Positions 13,101 to 22,400 of a stretch of DNA of 64,000 bases are shown here, one piece after another. Numbering within the stretch: the stretch's first letter is position 1; the number at the start of each line of letters is the position of its first letter. Made by a program: the position numbers and the translations under genes. Source of the DNA: Balanoglossus misakiensis. Lineage: Eukaryota > Animalia > Hemichordata. A model generated the notes under the pieces. That model had not been told where the DNA came from, ran no database searches, and saw nothing but the letters and a program-made list of their open reading frames with translations. The DNA is taken from NCBI GenBank assembly GCA_040954595.2, contig CM082591.2:11363309-11427308 (forward strand). The letters are read 5' to 3'.

Positions 13101-14812
13101 CATGATGGAAATATACCCGGAAATGTATCCTTTAATTCCTCTGTGGCCGGTTGGACAGATGGAAATTTAGTAAGTATGGGAGAGACTTGAACCTTTCCCC
13201 CAGCTAAATCATTCCCCAAGAGAAAATCTACCCCCCCCCCCCCTATTGGTAAAGATTGGACAATGCCAACTTTAACCCGACCATTGACTAGGTCAGAATT
13301 CAAATTAACCTCACACAAAGGAACCGAAACAAAATTACCACCTATACCTTGCAGCAACATTCTGGTATCCATTGAACGACATACATTCTCTGGCAAGACG
13401 TCTGCTAACATTAATGATTGAGCGGCACCAGTATCCCTCAGTATGATAATGGGCTTCACCTCATGCACGTCAGATAATTCAGATACCTCTCCTTGGGATA
13501 CAAAATCCCTATAACCGTCAGGAATAGACTTGGGGATTTTACAGTTATCTCGTGCAGGCAAACTTTGGTACTTATCACCAATATTTATATGACTATCTGT
13601 ACGGATATCGGCATTTCTATTAACAAAAGCCACAGGTTTACTATCCCTCTGGTTACTCTTCTTCCATTGATAACAATTAGACTTAATGTGCCCCACTTTA
13701 CCACAATGGAAACAGACAGGACCCCTTCTAATCTCAGGTGGCTTATTAGCAGCAACAGACTGGCCCTTTCTGTCTGGACTAGGATGATTTACCCTGTTAT
13801 CAAATTTGGCATAATTAGTGAAAGGTTTATTACCATACCTATTATAATTAGGTGAGCTACTACCACTTTTCTTGTGAGTAAGCTCATAATCATCAGCAAT
13901 AACGGCTGCCCGCTTTAGTTCTGTAACTTTATGTTCATCAATATGGGTTCTAATGTCCAAAGGGATGCTGTTCTTAAATTCCTCCATGAGTATTACCTCC
14001 CTCAGTATATTAAATTCTTTTTCAGTTTGCAAGGAACGGTACCATCTATCAAATATAATTTCCTTCTCTCTTGCAAATTCAACAAAGGTTTGTCCAGTCT
14101 GTCTCCTTAAATTTCTAAACTTCTGTCTATAAGCCTCGGGAACTAACTCATAAGCGGATAGAACTGCTTTCTTGACAATTTCATAATCTTCAGAATCTGA
14201 ATCAGACAGGGAAGAAAACACTTCCTGGGCTTTCCCAACAAACACACTTTGAAGCAACAAAGTCCAAAATTTAGTTGGCCACTTAAGTTGTCTCGCAATT
14301 TTCTCAAAAGCCAAAAAGTAAGTATCTACTTCGGCTTCAGAAAACCTTGGGACCAACTTAATATATTTAGTAACATCAAAATCAGAACTTCTCGTAGTGC
14401 TCTGAACAGGTTCATGATTCTGTCGACTTAACTGAAGTTCAAGTTCTAACTTCCTCAACTCGAATTCTTCTCTTTCTTTTTCTCTCAATAATTGGGCCTC
14501 TTCTCTTTCTTTTTCTCTCAATAATTGGGCCTCTCCTCTTTCTTGAGCAAGTCTTAATTTCTCTCTTTCAAGTTCAATTTTTGCCAATGCCACTTCAGTA
14601 CTCTCAGCATTATGCATACCATGTTTAGTCAAACCAAGGAAAACAGAAATACTATCAATAATTTCCTTTTTTGTTACATTACTACCAAGACTGACACCAA
14701 AATGAGCAGCTACCTGCTGTAGTTCAGCCTTTCGCAAACGTTGTAAATCATCAACAGTTAAATTTTCATTTTTAACAAACTCAGTTACGTTGAACTCCGC
14801 TGTGGAAGCCAT
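10136..14812 (-). CDS. Gag-Pol polyprotein: coiled coil, SCAN-like capsid, CCHC knuckle, aspartic protease, integrase, RT, RNase H
   Basis: SCAN-like YELVPEAYRQKFR..; CFHCGKVGHIKSNC 13673-13714; DTG 13427-13435; integrase HHCC (AHEIPMAGH..CHTC), D(IDCVG)-D(TDQG)-E(ALER) and GPY ~11795-11803; YIDD 10928-10939; RNase H DAS ~10490 to ADALSR. Start placed at MASTAEF (14812) because the ATG at 14845 lies inside the nested MITE TIR. Confidence 0.96.
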   Translation of the reverse strand: MASTAEFNVTEFVKNENLTVDDLQRLRKAELQQVAAHFGVSLGSNVTKKEIIDSISVFLGLTKHGMHNAESTEVALAKIELEREKLRLAQERGEAQLLREKEREEAQLLREKEREEFELRKLELELQLSRQNHEPVQSTTRSSDFDVTKYIKLVPRFSEAEVDTYFLAFEKIARQLKWPTKFWTLLLQSVFVGKAQEVFSSLSDSDSEDYEIVKKAVLSAYELVPEAYRQKFRNLRRQTGQTFVEFAREKEIIFDRWYRSLQTEKEFNILREVILMEEFKNSIPLDIRTHIDEHKVTELKRAAVIADDYELTHKKSGSSSPNYNRYGNKPFTNYAKFDNRVNHPSPDRKGQSVAANKPPEIRRGPVCFHCGKVGHIKSNCYQWKKSNQRDSKPVAFVNRNADIRTDSHINIGDKYQSLPARDNCKIPKSIPDGYRDFVSQGEVSELSDVHEVKPIIILRDTGAAQSLMLADVLPENVCRSMDTRMLLQGIGGNFVSVPLCEVNLNSDLVNGRVKVGIVQSLPIGGGGVDFLLGNDLAGGKVQVSPILTKFPSVQPATEELKDTFPGIFPSCAVTRSQSRVARLDEANSPDVPNSGVWLAETFFKDLDSGDGLSKPGDSETVFTQTSLIKEQKADPILNDLIHKALSESEANNVPECYYMKSGILMRKWRPPSVPADQDWLVKNQIVVPACYRPEILRLAHEIPMAGHLGIRKTQSRVMAHFYWPKLHQDVVEFCKTCHTCQLLGKPQPAIKPAPLIPIPAFGEPFSMVLIDCVGPLPRTKSGNKYLLTILDTSTRFPEAIPLKNISTKVVVDALMHFFTRYGLPKEVQTDQGSNFMSGLFQEVLCQLGVTQLHSSAYHPQSQGALERYHQTLKNMLKAYCLEYPGDWDKGVAFVLFATRDAPNESTGFAPFELVYGHEVRGPLKFIKERFLNEQDDVNLLDYVSKFRERLTKACDLARHHLKLSQQTMKRYYDRDSQFRKFKVGDKVLVLLRIPGEPLSAKFRGPYEVEKKLNSVNYVIRTPDRRKTRRVCHINMLKLYFVREGDHKHSVGLAAAVNNMDVHNVDCNDTECVEFEVTEVDSMTGKLSNSEALANLQSTLCHLPENERAGIVKLINEYKPLFSDEPGCTSIAEHDVDVGNEPPIKQHPYRLYPYKAAKVEEELQYMLDHDLIEPSESSWSSPVVLVPKPDNSLRFCIDYRKVNAVTRTDAYPLPRIEDCIDKIGTAKYVTKIDLLKGYWQVPLSNRARKISAFITPNGLYQFKVMPFGMKNAPATFQRLMNKVTAGLAYCVVYIDDILVFSDTWEDHVTHLRNLFQRLHEANLVVNLSKSGFAKAKVVYLGHVIGEGRVSPRQAKIQDIIEFPVPTNKRELRRFLGVSGFYRKFCANYSTIVAPLTNLLKKSVKYEWSDSCQNAFDVIKAVLASEPVLTAPDFYKPFKLAIDASDVGIGAVLLQDDESGIEKPVSYFSRKLNRHQRVYSTIEKEALSLVSALQHFEIYVTNGVGDVTVYTDHNPLVFLDKFKTKSNRLFRWSLLLQPYSIKVVHISGKENVIADALSRV

Positions 14813-14837
14813 TACGAATAGTAATTGTGAACCGTTA

Positions 14838-15493
14838 GGGAGCATTCGTTTTTTACAGGGAGGGGGGGGCCGGTGGAAATCAGGGGGGGGTTTACTTTTA
14901 CAAAGCAGTTTTTAGGGGGGGACAAATTTTATAATCAAGGGATTATTATATAGGGACTGAAAGGGGGGGACTTGAAAACTTTGACGGCTAAATATTTATT
15001 TTGAGTCCACAAAAATGCAGTTTCGCGTCCTTTATTTTAAAAAAAATTCTAATGTGGGAGGGGGACACCCCCTCCCACACCCACCCCCTTCATTCATCAA
15101 CACCTTTCAATCATTGACTGGTTTATCTAGTGTCCCAGGTCAGGGGACTTGCCCCCACCCCATGATAACTTTGAGCGGCGACGTTAATTTGCTTTTGCTG
15201 GGTTCATTAAAATGCAGCTTTGAGCTCTGTATTTTATAAAATTTTCTTACGTGGGAGGGGGACACCCCCTCCCAAACCCACCCCCTTCAATGTGGTATGT
15301 CGAACATACACCAATATCTGACAAAGTTTGATAAGTTTAATCCGGTGGATAAACTTTTTTTTTTTTTTTTTTTTTTTTGGGGGGGGGGTCACATTTTAGA
15401 AAAGTAATTTCCAGGGGGGGTTGCCTTTTACATTTAGTCGGCGACTCAAATTCCACCGGCCCCCCCCCCTCCCTGTAAAAAACGAATGCTCCC
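14838..15493. mobile_element. Nested non-autonomous DNA transposon (MITE, 656 bp), PIF/Harbinger-like
   Basis: TIRs GGGAGCATTCGTTTTTTACAGGGA(G)nCCGGTGGAA at 14838-14878 and 15451-15493 (G8 vs G10); 3-bp TSD TTA at 14835-14837 and 15494-15496; no transposase. Superfamily inferred from the TWA TSD and GGG ends only. Confidence 0.85.
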
Positions 15494-15529
15494 TTATTGA
15501 CCGTGCGCACTGAATGAATTCAAGGATAG

Positions 15530-15547
15530 ATCCCGGACGAGCCCCCA
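15530..15547 (-). other. Primer-binding site, tRNA-Pro
   Basis: Minus strand TGGGGGCTCGTCCGGGAT, 3 nt inside the 5' LTR; complementary to the 3' 18 nt of metazoan tRNA-Pro (same PBS as MLV). Confidence 0.95.
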
Positions 15548-15550
15548 ATT

Positions 15551-16401
15551 TGTTACGACACGCTGGCCGTTCCAGCCGAAACAGGGCGAGCAATAAACAC
15601 ACTAGCCGGATGGCGTACTTTGTAAGGAACCAAACCAGCGCCGCACGCAACAAAGTTGGTCAACAAAAGTCACAACAACCAGCAAATCACCTTATTTATA
15701 ACGAATTTAATAATAACTAAAATAATCGTGAACATTAAATATTATAAACTAAAGAAACACACAAGAAACAAGTGAACTACCTTTTTAAACGTGACCAGGT
15801 GTGCATAAACTGAAACAGAACAAGTCCAATGTCCGCTAGAACGTTCCGCTGACTTGACGGAGGACACGTAGACACAGCAACTCGGCGATAATTCAGTGTA
15901 GACACAGCGACAGCTCCAACTCGGCGGCAGTTCAGCGTAGACACAGCGACAGCTCCAACTCGGCGGCAGTTCAGCGTAGACACAGCGACACGGCGGTCCA
16001 GGCAAAAGTCCAGCTCCAACTGGTTCCACAAAAGTCCGCAAAAGTCTGCTCCACAAAAGTCCGCAAAAGTCTGCTCCACAAAAGTCCGCTTCAAAAGTCC
16101 GCTCCACACGAAACAGCACGACTTACAACTTGTTAAGAAGAGCAGCCACAGCTTCCAAGACGGTTCAAACGAGCAGCACGTCCTCCAGGTCAAATTAACA
16201 TCCACTCGCACAACGTGGCAACGAGCGGGCTTTTATACTAGCCAAAAATTAATTCCTCACACCTGGTCACTTAAATATTCAAATAAAGAAAGCAAACGAA
16301 ACGCACACGGAAAACACACCTGGTCACAAAACAATAGCCGACTGAACCTACGTAACACATGTCCCATCAGCACTGACATGCAGTTTGCAGAATACGTAAC
16401 A
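15551..16401 (-). repeat. 5' LTR (851 bp)
   Basis: Matches 9176-10001 by eye except for one extra 25-bp unit and two substitutions (16135 vs 9735; 16378 vs 9978); adjacent to the PBS. Confidence 0.98.
16230..16237 (-). promoter_or_regulatory. Candidate LTR TATA box
   Basis: Minus strand TATAAAAG about 165 nt into the 5' LTR, in the element's sense orientation (copy at 9830-9837). Confidence 0.6.
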
Positions 16402-19400
16402 AAGCAACCATGGAAATTTTAGAACTATCCGTCGATCTACAGAGTCTAGTGGAAAACTTTTTTATGCGCATAGGCCTATCATGTATTCTGCGCATCACAA
16501 CAGATTTCCTTAAATAACGAGGCTGTGTTTGGAAGCAACCATGGAAATTTTAGAACTATCCGTCGATCTACTGAGTCTAGTGGAAAACTTTCTTATGCGC
16601 ATAGGCCTATCATGTGTTTTGCGCATCACAACAGAATTCAATTAATAAACGTAGCTGTGTTTGGAAGCAATCATGGAAATTTTAGAACTATCCGTCGATC
16701 TACTGAGTCTAGTGGAAAACTTTCTTATGCGCATAGGCCTATCATGTGTTTTGCGCATCACAACAGAATTAAATTAATGAACGTAGCTGTGTTTGGAAGC
16801 AACCATGGAAACTTTAGAACTATCCGTCGATCTACAGAGTCTAGTGGAAAACTTTTTTATGCGCATAGGCCTATCATGTATTCTGCGCATCACAACAGAT
16901 TTCCTTAAATAACGAGGCTGTGTTTGGAAGCAACCATGGAAATTTTAGAACTATCCGTCGATCTACTGAGTCTAGTGGAAAACTTTCTTATGCGCATAGG
17001 CCTATCATGTGTTTTGCGCATCACAACAGAATTCAATTCATAAACGTAGCTGTGTTTGGAAGCAACCATGGAAATTTTAGAACTATCCGTCGATCTACAG
17101 AGTCTAGTGGAAAACTGTTTTATGCGCATAGGCCTATCATGTATTCTGCGCATCACAACAGAGTTCCTTAAATAACGAGGCTGTGTTTGGAAGCAACCAT
17201 GGAAATTTTAGAACTATCCGTCGATCTACTGAGTCTAGTGGAAAACTTTCTTATGCGCATAGGCCTATCATGTGTTTTGCGCATCACAACAGAATTCAAT
17301 TAATAAACGTAGCTGTGTTTGGAAGCAACCATGGAAATTTTAGAACTATCCGTCGATCTACTGAGTCTAGTGGAAAACTTTCTTATGCGAATAGGCCTAT
17401 CATGTGTTTTGCGCATCACAACAGAATTCAATTAATAAACGTAGCTGTGTTTGGAAGCAACCATGGAAATTTTAGAACTATCCGTCGATCTACTGAGTCT
17501 AGTGGAAAACTTTCTTATGCGCATAGGCCTATCATGTGTTCTGCGCATCACAACATAATTTTGTAAACAAACGAGGCTTTGTTTGGAAGCAACCATGGAA
17601 ATTTTAGAACTATCCGTCGATCTACTGAGTCTAGTGGAAAACTTTCTGAAGCGCACAGGCCTATCTATGTGTTCTGCGCATCACAACAGAATTCGGTAAA
17701 TAAACGAGGGTGTGTTTGGAAGCATCCATGGAAATTTTAGAACTATCCGTCCATCTACAGAGTCTAGTGGAAAACCTTCTTATGCGCATAGACCTATCAT
17801 GTGTTCTGCGCATCACAACTGAATTTTGTAAACAAACGAGGATGTGTTTGGAAGCAACCATGGAAACTTTAGAACTATCCGTCAATCTACAGTCTAGTGG
17901 AAAACTGTCTAATCCTCATAGGCCTATCATGTGTTCTGCGCATCACAACAGAATTTTGTAAACAAACAAGGCTGTGTTTGGAATCAACCATGGAAACTTT
18001 AGAACTATCCGTCGATCTACAGAGTCTAGTGGAAAACTTTCTTATGCGCATAGGCTTATCTATGTGTACTACGCATCACAACAGAATTCGGTAAATAAAC
18101 GAGGCTGTGTTTGGAAGCAATCATGGAAATTTTAGAACTATCCATCCATCTACAGAGTCGAGTGGAAAACTTCCTTATGCGCATAGGCCTATCATGTGTC
18201 CTGCGCATCACAACAGAATTCATTTAATAAACGTGGCTGTGTTTGGAAGCAACCATGGAAATTTTAGAACTATCCGTCGATCTACACAGTCTGGTGGAAA
18301 ACTTTCTTATGCGCATAGACCTATCATGTATTCTGCGCATCACAACAGAATTTTGTAAATAAATTAACGAGGCTGTGTTTGGAAGCAACCATGGAAATTT
18401 TAGAACTATCCGTCCATCTCCAGAGTCTAGTGGAAAACTTCCTTATGCGCTTAGGCCTATCATGTGTCCTGCGCATCACAACAGAATTCAATTAATAAAC
18501 GTGGCTGTGTTTGGAAGCAAACATGGAAATTTTAGAACTCTCTGTCGATCTACCGAGTCTATCAGAAAACTTTCTCATGCGCATAGGTCTATCGTGTGTT
18601 CTGCGAATCACAACAGATTTCCTCAAATAAACGAGGGTGTGTTTGGAAGCAACCATGGAAATTTTAGAACTATCCGTCGATCTACTGAGTCTAGTGGAAA
18701 ACTTTCTTATGCGCATAGGCCTATCATGTGTTTTGCGCATCACAACAGAATTCAATTAATAAACGTAGCTGTGTTTGGAAGCAACCATGGAAATTTTAGA
18801 ACTATCCGTCGATCTACTGAGTCTAGTGGAAAACTTTCTTATGCGAATAGGCCTATCATGTGTTTTGCGCATCACAACAGAATTCAATTAATAAACGTAG
18901 CTGTGTTTGGAAGCAACCATGGAAATTTTAGAACTATCCGTCGATCTACTGAGTCTAGTGGAAAACTTTCTTATGCGCATAGGCCTATCATGTGTTCTGC
19001 GCATCACAACATAATTTTGTAAACAAACGAGGCTTTGTTTGGAAGCAACCATGGAAATTTTAGAACTATCCGTCGATCTACTGAGTCTAGTGGAAAACTT
19101 TCTGAAGCGCACAGGCCTATCTATGTGTTCTGCGCATCACAACAGAATTCGATAAATAAACGAGGGTGTGTTTGGAAGCATCCATGGAAATTTTAGAACT
19201 ATCCGTCCATCTACAGAGTCTAGTGGAAAACCTTCTTATGCGCATAGACCTATCATGTGTTCTGCGCATCACAACTGAATTTTGTAAACAAACGAGGATG
19301 TGTTTGGAAGCAACCATGGAAACTTTAGAACTATCCGTCAATCTACAGTCTAGTGGAAAACTGTCTAATCCTCATAGGCCTATCATGTGTTCTGCGCATC

Positions 19401-22400
19401 ACAACAGAATTTTGTAAACAAACAAGGCTGTGTTTGGAATCAACCATGGAAACTTTAGAACTATCCGTCGATCTACAGAGTCTAGTGGAAAACTTTCTTA
19501 TGCGCATAGGCTTATCTATGTGTACTACGCATCACAACAGAATTCGGTAAATAAACGAGGCTGTGTTTGGAAGCAATCATGGAAATTTTAGAACTATCCA
19601 TCCATCTACAGAGTCGAGTGGAAAACTTCCTTATGCGCATAGGCCTATCATGTGTCCTGCGCATCACAACAGAATTCATTTAATAAACGTGGCTGTGTTT
19701 GGAAGCAACCATGGAAATTTTAGAACTATCCGTCGATCTACACAGTCTGGTGGAAAACTTTCTTATGCGCATAGACCTATCATGTATTCTGCGCATCACA
19801 ACAGAATTTTGTAAATAAATTAACGAGGCTGTGTTTGGAAGCAACCATGGAAATTTTAGAACTATCCGTCCATCTACAGAGTCTAGTGGAAAACTTCCTT
19901 ATGCGCTTAGGCCTATCATGTGTCCTGCGCATCACAACAGAATTCAATTAATAAACGTGGCTGTGTTTGGAAGCAAACATGGAAATTTTAGAACTCTCTG
20001 TCGATCTACCGAGTCTATCAGAAAACTTTCTCATGCGCATAGGTCTATCGTGTGTTCTGCGAATCACAACAGATTTCCTCAAATAAACGAGGGTGTGTTT
20101 GGAAGCAACCATGGAAATTTTAGAACTATCCGTCCATCTACAGAGTCTAGTGGAAAACTTTCTTATGCGCATAGGCTTATCTATGTGTTCTACGCATCAC
20201 AACAGAATTTGGTAAATAAACGAGGCTGTGTTTGGAAGCAACCATGGAAATTTTAGAGCTATCCGTCCATCTACAGAGTCTATCAGAAAACTTTCTCGTG
20301 CGCATAGGTCTATCGTGTGTTCTGCGCATCACAACAGATTTCCTTAAATAAACGAGGCTGTGTTTGGAAGCAACCATGGAAACATCAGAACTATCGGTCG
20401 ATATACAGAGTCTAGTGGAAAACTTTCTTATGCGCATAGGTCTATCGTGTGTTCTGCGAATCACAACAGATTTCCTCAAATAAACGAGGGTGTGTTTGGA
20501 AGCAACCATGGAAATTTTAGAACTATCCGTCGATCTACAGAGTCTAGTGGAAAACTTTCTTATGCGCATAGGCTTATCTATGTGTTCTACGCATCACAAC
20601 AGAATTTGGTAAATAAACGAGGCTGTGTTTGGAAGCAACCATGGAAATTTTAGAACTATCCGTCCATCTACAGAGTCGAGTGGAAAACTTCCTTATGCGC
20701 ATAGGCCTATCATGTGTCCTGCGCATCACAACAGAATTCAATTAATAAACGTGGCTGTGTTTGGAAGCAACCATGGAAATTTTAGAACTATCCGTCGATC
20801 TACACAGTCTAGTGGAAAACTTTCTTATGCGCATAGACCTATCATGTGTTCTGCGCATCTCAACAGAATTTTGTAAATAAATTAACGAGGCTGTGTTTGG
20901 AAGCAACCATGCAAACTTTAGAACTATCCGTCAATCTACAGAGTCTAGTGGAAAACTGTCTTATCCTCATAGGCCTATCATGTGTTCTGCGCATCACAAC
21001 AGAATTTTGTAAACAAACAAGGCTGTGTTTGGAATCAACCATGGAAACTTTAGAACTATCCATCCATCTACAGAGTCTAGTGGAAAACTTCCTTATGCGC
21101 ATAGGCCTATCATGTGTCCTGCGCATCACAACAGAATTCAATTAATAAACGTGGCTGTGTTTGGAAGCAACCATGGAAATTTTAGAACTCTCTGTCGATC
21201 TACCGAGTCTATCAGAAAACTTTCTCATGCGCATAGGTCTATCGTGTGTTCTGCGAATCACAACCGATTTCCTCAAATAAACGAGGCTGTGTTTGGAAGC
21301 AACCATGGAAATTTTAGAACTCTCTGTCGATCTACCGAGTCTATCAGAAAACTTTCTCATGCGCATAGGTCTATCGTGTGTTCTGCGAATCACAACCGAT
21401 TTCCTCAAATAAACGAGGCTGTGTTTGGAAGCATCCATGGAAATTTTAGAACTATCCGTCGATCTACAGAGTCTATCAGAAAACTTTCTCGTGCACATAG
21501 GTCTATCGTGTGTTCTGCGCATCACAACAGATTTCCTTAAATAAACGAGGCTGTGTTTGGAAGCAACCATGGAAACATCAGAACTATCCGTCGATCTACA
21601 GAGTCTAGTGGAAAACTTTCTTATGCGCATAGGTCTATCGTGTGTTCTGCGAATCACAACAGATTTCCTCAAATAAACGAGGGTGTGTTTGGAAGCAACC
21701 ATGGAAATTTTAGAACTATCCGTCCATCTACAGAGTCTAGTGGAAAACTTTCTTATGCGCATAGGCTTATCTATGTGTTCTACGCATCACAACAGAATTT
21801 GGTAAATAACCGAGGCTGTGTTTGGAAGCAACCATGGAAATTTTAGAACTATCCGTCCATCTACAGAGTCGAGTGGAAAACTTCCTTATGCGCATAGGCC
21901 TATCATGTGCCCTGCGCATCACAACATAATTCAATTTATAAACGTGGCTGTGTTTGGAAGCAACCATGGAAATTTAGAACTATCTGTCCATCTACAGTGG
22001 AAAACTTCCTTATGCGCATAGGCCTATCATATGTCATGCGCATCACAACAGAATTCAATTAATAAACGAGGCTGTGTTTGGAAGCAACCATGGAAATTTT
22101 AGAACTATCTGTCGATCTACCGAGTCTATCAGAAAACTTTCTCATGCGCATAGGTCTATCGTGTGTTCTGCGAATCACAACAGATTTCCTCAAATAAACG
22201 AGGCTGTGTTTGGAAGCATCCATGGGAATTTTAGAACTATCCGTCGATCTACAGAGTCTAGTGGAAAACTTCCTTATGCGCATAGGCCTATCATGTGTCC
22301 TGCGCATCACAACAGAATTCAATTAATAAACGTGGCTGTGTTTGGAAGCAACCATGAAAATTTAGAACTATCCGTCCATCTACAGTGGAAAACTTCCTTA

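Larger units (their letters stand above)
9176..16401 (-). mobile_element. Full-length Gmr1-like Ty3/gypsy LTR retrotransposon
   Basis: Two near-identical LTRs with TGTTACG...CGTAACA ends, 4-bp TSD AAGC (9172-9175, 16402-16405), PBS, PPT and a single polyprotein with integrase upstream of a gypsy-type RT. Confidence 0.97.

Noticed and set aside
10985-14431. Short plus-strand ORFs antisense to gag-pol, and Cys-rich ORFs in the LTRs
   Set aside because: No recognisable domains; shadow frames and translations of the 39-bp minisatellite. No env-like ORF fits in the ~120-bp 3' UTR.
10136-14812. Ty1/copia classification from the IN-before-RT order
   Set aside because: RT (PIKQHPYR, RFCIDYRKVN, MPFGMKNAPATFQR), RNase H and the GPY module are gypsy-type; fits Gmr1.
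14835-14840. Telomeric TTAGGG
   Set aside because: Single hexamer formed by the TTA TSD plus the GGG TIR end.
14813-14845. ORF-track start MLPNGSQLLFV as the native Gag N-terminus
   Set aside because: That ATG lies within the nested MITE TIR; the pre-insertion start is most likely 14812.
15530-15547. tRNA gene fragment
   Set aside because: Only the 3' 18 nt including CCA, positioned next to the LTR: a PBS, not a gene.
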